Counted from the first letter of the stretch, positions 1 through 15,248 are shown. The stretch: 64,000 nucleotides of DNA from Octopus vulgaris (GCA_951406725.2 OX597820.1:103106001-103170000), one strand, 5' to 3'. The notes: generated from the letters alone by a model not told the origin. A program made the numbers and translations.

Positions 1-846
1 AGTACCCTTGAACTAAATTTGTTCCTTCCAATTCGGCATTTTTCCTAACACTTTATTCATTAATGCACTAGTTGGTCTTAGATCTGGCTGCTTCTCAATC
101 ACTACTTCTTCCTTCACTTTTTTAAGCATACTGCATCTCCATTGTGATTGATTGGTTTATCCCAAATATTACTCCAGAACTCTCTAGCTTCCTCTGCATT
201 AGGTTTCTCATCTTCTGTACTTCGTACTCAACTATTTATTTGGTTATAAAATCGCCTCTGGTCTGTCTCAAATAATCTATTCTGTTGATACTGAACTATT
301 CTTTTCTGATATCTGAAGTGCTGTTTCAACTCTTCTATTACTATCCACAATCCTTTCTCTTTTACTAAGTATCTTTTCTCGGAGGAAGATTTGCATCTTG
401 TATTTCCTAACTTGTTCAGCTTCCAGGTTTCTATTTTATACGGATCTTGTCTTAAGGTCTTCACTTTATTTTGTAGTCTCCTTTCGCCCTTTTTTAATCT
501 TTCCCTGCGAGATATCTAATCTTCTGGTGACTACTACCCCTCCTACATAGATCAATAACTTAGTGTCTTCTATATTTTTAGTATCTATTCTCCTGATAAC
601 AGAATCTACTTTTCTAGTCATTTCTTGTAGCTTCCTTCTGTTGATGTCTTTTAACGTTGGCAGTCTTTTTCTTACTTCTTTACTCATTACTTCATGCAAC
701 TCATCTAAAATCTTCTGATCTTCCCCACTAAAATGTTGTTTAGTTTTGACTTTTGCCTTGTAGTTTAGATAACTATAAATATGTGAGGATTGGAGTAGAT
801 AGTAGGAGAAAGAGAAGCCGCTTGGTGAATAGACCAAATTCCACAA
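1..846 (-). mobile_element. R4/Dong-like (RLE) non-LTR retrotransposon, pre-RT region, disrupted
   Basis: ORFs 466..846 and 228..464 contain EELKQ...RYQKRIVQYQQNRLFETDQRRFYNQIN and continue into FWSNIWDKPINHN. This is typical of the region just upstream of the RT in R4/Dong-like elements. It has frameshifts and runs off the window edge. Confidence 0.7.
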
Positions 847-899
847 GTCTGTAAATAGGTTCGGCAGATGGTGAGATGACTATTATTCCTTCGTAACAC

Positions 900-2150
900 A
901 GTGTAAGTAAAAATGCAACGGAGTCTTTAGTCATCTGTCAAGTCACAACAAGGACATCAGACAGATAATACTTTCCTGAAGATGTGCGCTGTGCCCAATA
1001 AGGCTGTTTTTTGCAAGACATCAATCTTGCCTGGGATTTCCATTGCCTTAAGGAGTCTTGGAGTTTTAATGGGATTGAGCCCAACGCTACGATCACCACT
1101 GGCATCACTTTTACATTGCCCTCTCGCATTCCATACAGTCTTGCCATTTCCACTTTCAATTCCGAGTACTTGGTGATTTTTCAATCTCTTTACTCACAAC
1201 ATTCATGTCATTCGGTATGGCTACATCAATGATCTGACAGTATTTGTCTTTCATATTCAATATGACAATATTCGGCCGACGGTGTTCGATTGTACGATCT
1301 GTCTGAAAATCATAGTCCCAGAGTATCGTTACTTTTCCATCCTCCTGCATAACTTTACTTGGTCCATGCTCATACCAGTTCTCTGTTACTTGATATTGGT
1401 ACTTACGGCATAAGAACCAATGAAGATATACACAGTCTATCGTGGCGGTGCTTGTATTCTTTTTGTGCAAGGCTCTCACATCCATTTACCAAGAGGGTCA
1501 CATTTTCCACAGAGTTTGCATTTCTGGGTGTCAGAAACTTTATAGATGTTATACTTCACTCAATTGATAGCGGGAGCCTGGTCTTGTGTAGCAATGATCA
1601 GGCTTTCGGTGGTACGCTTCAAATCACTTCAGTCAAGCCATGCCCACGATGCTGTATTATCCTTAACGTCTTGTGTATTCCTTTCAAACTGTCCATGCAT
1701 TCTCATTTAAAGGTCTTTTCTCTTCTCCTCAGCTCTTTTGTTAAACACTTCCTTGACCATCATCTCATCTGCATTTACACCCATATCGTTCGTGGCATAT
1801 TGCAGCAGGTCTTTATCACTATTTATCAAATACTCAGCACGCATTCTAGTTTCACTCCTTATACAATGGTCTATACTAATTAATCCTCTGTCACCATTCT
1901 TTCTTTTCATATACACTCTGTTTACGTTTGCTTTAGGGTGTAGCGACCCATGCAGCGTCACCAACTTTCTCGTCCTTCTATCCAGTGTTGATATTTCCTC
2001 CTTAGTCCATTTGAGAATGGACGCACTATATCTAACCACCGCAACTGCCCAGGCATTCAGGTTGGATTTCAACAGCATCTTCACCCTTTTTGATACGCCT
2101 CGCTGACCTTGACTTTCATTTCTCTGTGTAGAATGTCATCAAGCTCCAAT
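900..2150 (-). mobile_element. R4/Dong-like non-LTR retrotransposon, 3' half (RT end, Zn finger, RLE endonuclease), pseudogenised
   Basis: NAWAVAVVRYS...LDRRTRKLVTLHGSLHPKANVNRVYMKRKNGDRGL (1707..2084); WYEH...ILWDYDFQTDRTIEHRRPNIV...IIDVAIP (1156..1485); LQKTALLGTAHIFRKVL (957..1184). It starts inside an (AAT)n tract. Confidence 0.85.
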
Positions 2151-2151
2151 G

Positions 2152-2152
<1 letters not shown>

Positions 2153-2191
<39 letters not shown>

Positions 2192-2204
2192 CATTATTAT
2201 TATT

Positions 2205-2243
<39 letters not shown>

Positions 2244-2244
2244 A

Positions 2245-2302
<58 letters not shown>

Positions 2303-2314
2303 TATTATTATTAT
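2153..2314. repeat. (ATT)n/(GTT)n compound microsatellite
   Basis: Directly visible; it produces the poly-I/L/N/V ORFs. Confidence 0.97.
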
Positions 2315-2870
2315 TGAGTGAGAGAGCAGTGCATGCCATCAAAGTGACGTTGGGGTAAAATATACGAAGTCCAGTATAAACATCATGACTATCCGTCTGA
2401 TAAGGGTACACCAAGCACATGCATCACAACCATGTGTGCGCTACATGGTGATCTCATATCAAGATAAACAGCGCATGACCTTGCAGATGGGGCCCAGTTA
2501 GAATTTTCTTCTGGTCGAGTAGCCCATCCCGCTCAAAAGGTCCCTGAATAAGGCTTATTTAAGGATGTTGAACGAACCACCCATGTTTCCAGAGGTGAAT
2601 TATCCAAACCTCTAAGAATTCCTTTCAACACACGGCTATGATGCTCCCCCACTAATTCTACTCATGATCAGAGATGCACATATCTTCAGCCATTAAGGGA
2701 CATGGTCAATTGGTTATGGTCAAACAACTGACAAGCAAATCTGTGGTATTGAGCAGAATATTTGCTGTAGCCCATCTTTTATACCAAGACAAAAACAATG
2801 TACATGAAAACACTTCCAATCAGTTAAGATAAGAAGCCATGAGAGCCACTGTCTGGAACTGCATCAGGGC

Positions 2871-2872
<2 letters not shown>
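2315..2872. mobile_element. ~560-bp non-coding insert sitting inside an (ATT)n tract; probable non-autonomous interspersed repeat
   Basis: Sharp boundaries with (ATT)n on both sides and no credible ORF. Its repeat status is inferred; there is no second copy in the window. Confidence 0.45.
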
Positions 2873-2933
<61 letters not shown>

Positions 2934-2974
2934 CATTATTATTATCATTATTATTATTATTATTATTATGATTA

Positions 2975-3030
<56 letters not shown>
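2873..3030. repeat. (ATT)n microsatellite
   Basis: Directly visible. Confidence 0.97.
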
Positions 3031-3925
3031 TCTTTATTAATCACAAAGGGTTTACATTAAAAAACATTGTGGAAAGCACAGGATAAATAGAATGTTGGGT
3101 TACATGAAAGTCGTGTAAACAATGAAAAGCAATCGATTATAACAACAAAATTCCCCCAAAAGTGAGAGACCTCTTAGGACTGCTCGTGGAAACCCCGCAA
3201 ATCCACAACAGTCCTGACTACCAGGGCAATCACTCTCTCCACTTTGTCTACAGGTGTATGCTTAGAGCTAGGCCATTCACACGGGCCATTCTTGCGATAT
3301 TCACCCACCTTTTAACAAAATTGCTGTGAGACAGAACTCCCCTTTCCATTTCCACTTTCCTTTTCAAGTGAAAGTTGAAAGAGTTGATGAGGACGTGGCC
3401 AAAGAGGACAGTGTCTGTCTTCAGTGCTTTCAGTCTGGTACACTACACAACCTCTTTCGCTAAGGCTATCAGGCAAAGAAAAACAGCCTGCCCTTCCCGG
3501 CCAAAGGAAGACGGTGGGACTATCTTCACAATGGACTCAGCCGATAGCCGAATCTGTCCCACACGCGACAGCAGGTGTTCGACATAAACCTACAAGTCAG
3601 AAATTCTTAGGCACTGGACGAGAGCGTGCAGAACAGTTTCGTCACTCCGCGTGCATCTCGGGCAAGTGCTGACTGCACTTCCGTGCCTGTAGAGTTTACC
3701 CCGAACAGGCCTTTAGATAGTTTGTGTCCCCGCACAGATGACATCTTGAATTTCTGCCCTCGATAGCCACATGAATTTTTGTGTCATCCAGTAGGCTTAT
3801 GTAGTCCGGGATAGCCTCCACGTTTTGCTGGCGTATCGTTAGGGAATGCCCGAAATTGTTACAACGCGAATGCAAAAGACACCTTGACAATGTGGCAAGA
3901 ATGATCCATTGGGAGATCTGTGGAA
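3031..3925 (-). mobile_element. Tx1/L1-clade non-LTR retrotransposon, rearranged 3' fragment
   Basis: The minus strand gives the ORF2 C-terminal Cys motif (TCPRCTRSDETVLHALVQC) and an ORF1 knuckle remnant (VAIEGRNSRCHLCGDTNYLKAC). It ends in AATAAA next to (AAT)n. Confidence 0.7.
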
Positions 3926-4460
3926 ATCACGTCCTACAAAAAGCAAAGACGTGGTATGAGAAAACTCCGGAAGCCGTCACTGAAAACTAAGAATTGCAAA
4001 ATCTTGAGGATGCAATGATCTAGTGCGATCACCAAACCAGATATCGGAAACAGGACATTGTTGTGGTGAATAAAAAAAGAAAGAATATGCGTGATAATCA
4101 ACATAGCATGCCCCGGTGACAACAGCATCAGTATGAAAGAAGAAGATAAAATAAACAACTATGACGATTTGAAGTGGGAAATACGAAAGTTGTGGTCAAT
4201 GAGAAGAGTAGACGTTATGCCAATAGTAATTGGTGCACATGGAAGTATCAGCACTCAACATGGCTCCAAAACATCGGTGCAAGTGTGAAAGTAGAACACC
4301 TACAAAAATCAGCATTGCTTGAAACTGCAAGAATTCTTCGCAGGGTTCTTGAAGCATGACCAATAAACAAGTGGCACCTTAGTCCGCTGGCTGTGGACAG
4401 CTGACACTTTCCATCATACCCAGGAAAATAAAGCTGTGTTTCATAAAATAATAATAATAA
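3926..4460 (+). mobile_element. R4/Dong-like RLE domain and 3' end
   Basis: DIVV...IINIACPGDNSISMKEEDKINNYDDLKWEIRKLW...PIVIGAHG and LQKSALLETARILRRVL*; short 3' UTR ending in (AAT)n. Confidence 0.8.
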
Positions 4461-4672
4461 TCTTTTCTGCTATAGGCACAAGGCCTGAAATTTGGTGGGA
4501 GGGGGAGCCAATCGATTAGACCGAACCCAGTACGCAACTGGTACTTAATTTATCGACTCCGAAAGGATGAAAGGCAAAGTCGATCTCGGCGGAATTTCAA
4601 ATCGTAAAGACAGACGAGATACCGCTATACATTTCTCCCGGCGTGCTTAACGATTCTACCAGCTCGCCACCT
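4461..4672 (-). mobile_element. tRNA-derived SINE (abundant family in this window)
   Basis: Reverse complement of AAGGTGGCGAGCTGG...TTCCGCCGAG.TCGACTTTGCCTTTCATCCTTTCGG; many copies elsewhere in the window. Confidence 0.85.
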
Positions 4673-4802
<130 letters not shown>

Positions 4803-5489
4803 AAAATATCAAATGTTTTGGTGCGTTATTTTGGCCCACCCTGCATATTAAAGTGTTGTATATGGTCCATTCTACTGTGTAGAGACGAAGCATGGACATC
4901 TGACAAACGTTTTGTCAAATAAATAACAAAATTTAGTGTGTTGGTATATAAATGACTTTTAAGAATATCATGTACAGAACAAGAAACCGATGATAAAGTA
5001 TTAAGAACGGCTAATACAGAGAAATTTCAGTAAACAACATCAAAGAGAGAAAACTAAAATAATTAGGGCAATTAACTAAGAAAAAAAAGCGTAGTTTACC
5101 AAAGTTGTTAATAGAAGGCAAAATAAATGTAAGTGAAGTGGTGGAAAACATCTAATTATGTGGATTATGATATAAAGAAATGGGTGGTTTTAAATGTAAT
5201 GAATGTCTGAGGTTATACTAGAAAGTGGGATATGACGCTTCAGCTTATGGGAGCGAACATTATGAAAATGATGATATATTTGGATAAGAAAAATTAGTAC
5301 GAGTGTTTTTTTGTGTGTATTTTTTTTTCACTGAAATGAATTCCTTTGATTGTATTTCTTCTGCGCAAACAAGAGATATCGTATGATGAACAATAACTAA
5401 ATCCTTTAAAAAAAAATGTTTTAGCCCGAAGGCCGCGGCCATGCTGGGGCACCAACTCTTAATAATTCTTTCTAATATTTGTTTAAGAT

Positions 5490-5820
5490 TAGTTTCAGCC
5501 GAGGTCGACTTTGCCTTTCATTCTTTTGGGGTCGATAAAATAAGTACCAGTTAAGTACTGGAGTCGAAATTACTGGCTTTGTGCCAAGATTTGAAACCAA
5601 TATACATACAAAACCAGCAATTTTGAAGGGTGCAAGTCGGTAGCATCAACATACCCGCCCCGTCGGTACTTGACTGGTGCTTTATTTTATCGAACCCCAA
5701 AAGGATGAAAAGCAAAGTTGAGTACAGCAGTATTTACAGAATCCAAAACGTAAAGAGCCGGAAGGAATACAGCGATGTATTTTGTTTGATGCGTTAGCGA
5801 TTTTGTCAGCTCACCGCCTT
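5490..5820. mobile_element. Two SINE fragments in opposite orientation
   Basis: GCCGAGGTCGACTTTGCCTTTCA on + (~5498); a diverged reverse copy ends at CTCACCGCCTT (~5820). Confidence 0.7.
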
Positions 5821-7670
5821 AGAAATAACATCGAGTATCATTATTAGATTATAACATACACTAAGACAAATTATATCGGATGGAGTTTGTCTATCATAAA
5901 ATAGACCTGGACTCTATTTAAATATAAACAACTTCCAATTGTGGAGCATATAGCTATCCCTAAGTTCAATAATTAACTATTTTCTCTTCAGCTACAAATG
6001 GGATGTGGTGGTGGGTGAGGAACAATTTCCTCGGATTATAGGCCTCACAGTAATAACTTACATCTATTAATATTCTGAATTTAAACTCTGTTGCAGTCGA
6101 TTTTCTCTTTGATTCTCGCAGCGATTAATAACATAAGTAGCAAATAAGTAGCGGGGTAATGCTCTTCGCATGTGCCCTCCTCCAAAAATGTATTCAATTA
6201 TTTGTTCAAAATTTCCTTTCTTTTTAAACTTATGGTTAAATTAAAACTTTCTTCTTTTGAGGTATTTTTGCATTTGGTTAGTAAGTAAAAATGGGTTCAT
6301 ACATTTAAAAAATATTTTTGCGTTTTATTTTTTTGAGAAACAGTTACCTAACCTGATTTTCTTAGCATCTTTTTTGGTCTTTTTCAAAGCACAAAACAAC
6401 ATATTTTTTGTTCATAATCTATGTGGTGGGGTGTATATTGAGGCAATTTCGTACTTAATTATAGCAATAATTTTCTGTAGTGAGAATTCACAATTTTAGC
6501 AGCATTCATATATACCAGAATATGATAATTTAGAAATCATTTTTTTATCGATATGCCAATGTCATTACTTGAACAAATGACAAGATCTTAATCTTCGAAA
6601 CCCTTTTTGGAACTTTCAATTGAGAGTGAGCTACAATGTAAGACCTATTGTGCTGCAGACATAAACCAGTCTGCCTCATCGTTGGTCCATATCCACAACA
6701 AGGTCAATAGACACACGAAATGTAACATGGCATCTGGCAAGATTTTCATTAAATCATTGAATGCACGAGCCGATTTAATATCATCTTAAGCCAGTGCACT
6801 TCGTTGTATAGTTAATATTTCTCAGCGAGTGATACATGAAAGTTATATCATTGTATACCACTAGCTTTAGATGTGCTGTTAAAACGAAACTAGACTATCA
6901 TGTGTTAGATTTATAGAGGTGGTAAAAGGAAATACTAAGATATTTATTTATTTCTCAAGAGTACAAGCAATAGATTTGGAGGAAGAGAAATATTTACAGT
7001 GAGGTTTAAAAGCAATTCACGGGCCGCTTTCAATGAGAGCTTAATTTATATTCTCTACAGCGCCCACCTGAACGTATAATTATCAAATATTATACAGCTT
7101 AGTAAATATTTCAATTACATACTAATTGTCTTCGCAGATTTGGATCATATAAATCAAATGCTTATTCATGCTTTAGAATTTTAATTAGTTTTTCCCCCAA
7201 AATCATTGGGTAGATAATGATATCATGCATGTAAGTTTCGTTCTAGATTCTGCTTTGCTTAATTAGAACTAATTGTATCCTGGATATTAATGACTGCAAC
7301 GGCTGTGGATATTATAATTACTTCGGGTTCGTATTTCAGGTTATTTGGGAGCGAATTATATTTGTTCCTTTTGACAAGGAACAAGAATAATTTTTGTGGC
7401 AGTAAGTTATATTCGGTGGATCGGTCTCCAGTTTATTATGTTTGAAACATACTTTATGGTCTATGCTGCCCATTTTCTATTCATTTCATACATAAGCTCG
7501 ACACTTCAGATTCAAAAAGGCAATGAATTCAGAAATCGAAAAGTTTCATTCCTTTATCAATAATATTGGCAATTAAACTAATCCACAAATATCGACAATT
7601 GCTTAACTATGCACAGGGAATCGATTGACACTCGTTGACATATTACTAGTTCTACTGTATTAGTACATTG

Positions 7671-7890
7671 AAAGGCGGCGAACTGGCGGAGTCGTTACCA
7701 CGCCGGATAAACAATGCTTAATGGCATTGCGTCTGTCTTTGTGTTCTGAGTTCAAATTCCGCCGCGGCCGACTTTTCCTTTCGTCCATTTGGAGTCGAAT
7801 AAATAAGTGCCAGTTAAGCACTGGGATCGAAGTAATCGACTTATCTCCTCCCACAAAATCGGTGGCCTTGTACCAAAATTTGAAACTATT
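7671..7890 (+). mobile_element. tRNA-derived SINE
   Basis: AAGGCGGCGAACTGGCGGAG head, B-box-like GAGTTCAAATTCC, family body. Confidence 0.8.
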
Positions 7891-7964
7891 ATTCTAGTGT
7901 ATGGAAAGCTAACACTCATTGACAGACTCAGCGAAATGAATACGAAAGATATTCAAATATTATA

Positions 7965-10773
<2,809 letters not shown>

Positions 10774-11320
10774 AGGATCTTTTCACTTTGACCGGCAGAT
10801 TTTTAAAATAATTTCTTTGTAACTAAACACTTTTAAACTTCGTATACTGGTAGAATGTGTTACATAAAACATCTTTTTTCTCTTGGCTTTCTTGAATAAA
10901 TTCTGTAGTTTGTAAGCTATTTGTTGTTAAATTTCTTGCATTTCGGCAATTTCAACCAACCAATGACGTCTATTGAGGTGAATACACTTACTGATGTAGC
11001 TTGTCAACAACAATTTCCTGCGGTGTCTACTCACTGTTATTTATGACATATTTCATATCAGTTACGTTCGTATGAATAAAAGATTATCGTTATTAAATTT
11101 TTATTAATAAACACATATTCTAAGTTCACAACATATGCAGTTTTTATTTCCTTCTCCGTTGCACAGATACACACATTACATATTATAAATTCGTTTAAGA
11201 AACAGATTGGGTTTATTTACATTTCTGAAGTAAAAAGATACCCTTCCCCCCCACCGCTAACCCTAAAACAGATTGAAATGCAATAGATCGATACTAGGGT
11301 CATAAATATGGGTGGACACT
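10774..11320. mobile_element. Unclassified repeat that truncates the Tc1 element
   Basis: The transposase frame ends abruptly at GGATCTTTTC; the segment contains a TAACCCTAA telomere-like motif at ~11258. Confidence 0.35.
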
Positions 11321-11609
11321 AAATGACGGAACAGTTTTGTTATCCAGCTCTGTTTACGAGTGACCCCTAAGTTTATGGCCACAAAATATATTAAAATGTA
11401 TTTATACATCACTATACGCTTACAAACTTCAACACTCAAACCTTGTCCCCTCTTCCTTGTTTCCTTCTTGTAAACGCAAGTCACCCAACCACCAAAATCT
11501 GGGTTACACATGGTGGCATTCTTTCCATATGAGTCCCATTTAGGTCACATGCATTTGTTTACATTTGAAGATCGTCACTTTCCGTAAATTTTTTTATATA
11601 TATGTGACG

Positions 11610-11633
11610 TTATGGTTAGGGTTAGGGCTAGGG
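11610..11633 (+). repeat. Short interstitial telomere-like repeat TTATGG TTAGGG TTAGGG CTAGGG
   Basis: Directly visible, immediately before the satellite. Confidence 0.75.
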
Positions 11634-11637
11634 TTTT

Positions 11638-13140
11638 CGACCAAATTTCCGGGAAGTTCGGGAATCCCTGGAATTTTCCATGAAATCATCGGAACTTCCC
11701 AGGAAGTTTCCAACCATTTTCCAAAAAGTTGTGAAATGCTTGGAACTTTTCAAAAAATCCTCGGAACTTTCTATGAAGTTCCCGATCAATTTTCCAGGAA
11801 GTTGAGGAATCCTTGGAAATTTCCATGGAATCATCGGAACTTTCCAGGAAGTTGAGAAATACTTGGAACTTTCCAGCAACTTACCGACCAATTTTTTAGG
11901 AAGTTGGGAAATCCTCGGAACTTTCTAGGAAGTTCCCGATCAATTTTCCAGGAAGTTGAGGAATCCTTGGAAATTTCCATGAAATCGTCGGAACTTTCCA
12001 GGAAGTTACCGACCAATTTTGTAGGAAATTGGGAAATCCTTGGAACTTTCCATGAGATCATCGGAACAATCCAGGGAGTTTCCGACCAATTTTCTAGGAA
12101 GTTGGGGAATCCTTGGAACTTTCCAGGAAGATTCCCATCAAATTTCCATGAAATCCACGGAACTTTCCAGGAAGATCCCCATGATTTCCCAGAAAATTGG
12201 GAAATCCTTGTTACTTTCCGGGAAGTTTCCGGTCAATTTTCCAGGGAGTTGGGAAACCTCGGAGCTTCCCATGAAGTTTCCTATCAATCTTCCTGGAAGT
12301 TGGGTAAATTTTGGAACTTTCCATGAATTCCTTGGAACTTTCCAGAAAGATTCCTATCAATTTTCCAGGAAGTTGGGAAATTTTTTGAACTTTCCATGAA
12401 ATTCTCGAAATTTCCCAGGAAGATTTCGACCACTTTTCCAGGAAGTTGGGAAATCTTTGAAACTTTCCATGTAGTCATCGGAACTTCCCAGGAAGATTCC
12501 GACCATCGAACTTCCCAGGAAGATTCCGACCAATTTCCCATGAAGCTTGGAACTTTACATGGAATCCTCCGAACTTTCCAGGAAGTTTCCGTGCGATTTT
12601 CCAGGAAGTTGGGAAATCCTTGGAACATTCCATGAAATCATCGGAACTTTCCAGGAAGTTTCCGACCAATTTTCCTGGAAGTTTGGAAATCCTTCGAACT
12701 TTTCATGAAATCTCCGGTACATTAAAGGAAGTTTCCGATCAATTTTCCTGAAAGTTGTGTAAACTTTGGAACTTTCCATGAAATCTTCGAAACTTTCCAG
12801 GAAGATTCCTATCAATTTTCCAGTAATTTTGAAAATCCTTCGAACTTTCTGTGGAATCCTCGGAACTTCCCAGGAAGATTTCGACCAATTTTCCAGGAAG
12901 TTGGAAAATCTTTGGAACTTTCCATGGAATCCTCGGAAATGCCCATGAAGTTTCTGAGCAATTTTCCAGAAAGTTGGAAAATCATTGGAACTTTCCAGGA
13001 AATCCTCGGAACTTTCCAGCAACTTTCCAATTTTCCTGGAAGTTGGGAAATCCTTGGAATTTTCCGTGAAATCCTCGGAACTTTCCGGGAAGTTTCCGAT
13101 CAATTTTTCAGGAAGCTGAGAAATCCTTGGAATATTCCCT
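11638..13140. repeat. Satellite/minisatellite, ~73-bp unit built from ~21- and ~10-11-bp subrepeats
   Basis: Consensus about GGAACTTTCCATGAAATCATC GGAACTTTCCAGGAAGTTTCC GACCAATTTTCCAGGAAGTT GGGAAATCCTT; equivalent positions 12570 and 12643 are 73 bp apart; about 20 diverged units. Confidence 0.92.
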
Positions 13141-13387
13141 TGGGAATTTTAAGCCCAACTTCATAACTTTGAAACGAAATCTAGCTTCAAGCATCTTATA
13201 CAGATAATTTTTTAGACACTATTTTCTGAAACTGGTAAAATTATGTACGGGGTGCAAATTTTGATCTTGCACCACCTGAAAATTCCAAGGGGTGCAAGTG
13301 CACCCGCTGCACCCCCTGTACATATATTTGTAAAACATTCAGTAGCCAGAAAATATATCTGATTTTCAGTAAGTGTATATTTTTCGG

Positions 13388-13683
13388 TGGAGGCACCTGG
13401 CCTAGTGGTTAGAGCAACAGACTTACGGTCGAGGGATTGCTAGTTCGAATCTCAGACCGGGCGATGTGTGCGTTTATGAGCGAAACACCTAAATTCCATA
13501 CGGCTCCGGCAGAAGATAATGGCGAACTTCTGCTGGCTCTTTCACCACAACTTTCTCTCACTCTTTCCTCCTGCATGTAGCAGCTCACCAGCGACGGATC
13601 GACGTCCCGTCAAAGTAGGGAACCTATGCGCCAAGGAAACCGGCCCTTATGACTCGAGAAGGAACAAACAGCAACAGCAACAA
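13388..13683 (+). mobile_element. tRNA-derived SINE (second family) with a CAA/CAG tail
   Basis: A-box TGGCCTAGTGG, B-box GTTCGAATC, then a non-tRNA body and a simple-repeat tail. Confidence 0.8.
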
Positions 13684-13934
13684 TATATTTTTCAAGTTGA
13701 ATGAACATGTACAAAAGGAATTCGTAATTAGACCAAATTGTTGGTAGTGTTAAAGATACTGATGAGATCTTTCATTTTGTTATCATAATAAATAAATAAT
13801 TATTATTTTTCCTTTAAGACGATGGCATTAACGACAACTAAAACGTTAATCTGGACTACAGATAGGATAGTTTTTCATTTCATTTAATTTTATAGTGTGT
13901 AAATTGTTACCTCCCGTAGTTCGATTATCTCCCT

Positions 13935-14790
13935 TGGGAGGTTAGCTGAAAAGTTTAGGCTGACTATGAGGGAGCGACGTTAGAGCTTTGAAACTTTGCA
14001 GGCATCAATTCTTATTGATGACACTATTGTTTCTTTCCTGGTAAACTGACAGCTGATTGTTTAAAGAAGACTTCAAACGTAATTGATGACAACCTCTCTT
14101 GAAAATGGACAAAATTTGGTATCGTGGTGTTATCAAGTACCTACAGATATGGTTCCTAAAATCAGCAATAGTGTAAAAACGGGCAGCTGAATTCAGGATG
14201 GGACGGGAGAGTTTTGAAGATAACTCTAGGTCTGGACGCCCAGCAACTGCCACCATTGGGTAAAACATTGATCGTGTCCATCCCATGGTGATGGATGACG
14301 AGCGATTGACTATAAATCAAATATCCAATGCTATTAGCATATCCCGTGAGAGTGCTGAGAATATTCTGCATAATGAGTATGGCACGACGAAGGGTTTTGC
14401 CAGGTAGGTGCCACGTGTTCTAACACCTTCTCAAAAGCACACCACGCTGACCGACCACATCACGGCAAAATCAGACATTGTTTGAGGTAGATCCCGTTGG
14501 TTTCCACGAACGTTTCCTAACACAAAGATGAGTGTTGGTTTCGTCTCTGAGTCAGAGACAAAGAGACAACCTATGTCGTGGAAACACACCTCCTCACCTT
14601 CTTCAAAGGAGGCTAATGTCATTTCGTCTGCATGGAAATTACGACTTCAGTTTTTTGGTATGCAAAAGACATTGTGTTTATTGACTAACTTTAAAAGGGC
14701 TATACAGTCAATGGAGAATATTTTGCCAACTTGCTGAGGTAATTATGAAAAGCTATCAAGACCAAACACCCAAGAAAATTGATGAAAATT
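13935..14790 (+). mobile_element. Mariner-family transposase remnant
   Basis: MDKIWYRGVIKYL start at ~14104; SGRP motif; VPRVLTP (WVPHxL-like motif); PETKRQ-like SETKRQPMSWKH. Many frameshifts. Confidence 0.75.
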
Positions 14791-14977
14791 GAATAAATGT
14801 CTAAGGGAAATAACTCACAAGTCAAAGATAAGAATTTGAATAAATGAGCAAAGGGATGATATACTGAATGACATACACAAAAAATTCTCAGCTTATTAAA
14901 ATTACACTGTTCGAGAAAAAAATTATGAAAACTTTTTGACCAGTGTAATTTGCATGATTAAAAAATAGATAATGAGC

Positions 14978-15130
14978 CAGGCACGACTGCATGGTAATAA
15001 GTTTGCTTCCCAACCACATAATTCCAAGTTCAGTTCCATTTCTTGGCACCTTGATAAGTATCTTCTACTGTATCCCTGAGCAGACAAAAGCCTTGAGTGG
15101 ATTTCACAGACAGCATTAAAAGAAGCCTGA
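14978..15130 (+). mobile_element. tRNA/CORE-type SINE, diverged
   Basis: GTTCAGTTCC...GCACCTTGATAAGTATCTTCTACTGTA; related copies at ~16725, ~28570 (-) and ~40060. Confidence 0.6.
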
Positions 15131-15204
15131 CTTTTGTACATGCACCTTTGATGAGTTGTAGTGCACCTGGGCACTATGCACAATAATTTCATTATCATGA
15201 TGTC

Positions 15205-15238
<34 letters not shown>

Positions 15239-15248
15239 TATATATATA

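Noticed and set aside
1359-2106. Plus-strand ORFs of 174 and 122 aa
   Set aside because: Antisense shadows of the minus-strand retrotransposon.
2109-3060. Poly-I/L/N ORFs, and similar YI/CV/MYVC ORFs throughout the window
   Set aside because: They are translations of microsatellites.
6600-6830. Possible hAT transposase remnant on the minus strand (IQRSALA...IKSARAFN)
   Set aside because: The similarity is too short and broken to call.
11565-13166. Many overlapping ORFs on both strands; superficial CRISPR-like periodicity
   Set aside because: The ORFs arise from a stop-poor satellite. There are no unique spacers or cas genes, and the context is eukaryotic.
13388-13462. Possible tRNA gene
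   Set aside because: A and B boxes are present, but the cloverleaf pairs poorly and continues into a SINE body and tail.
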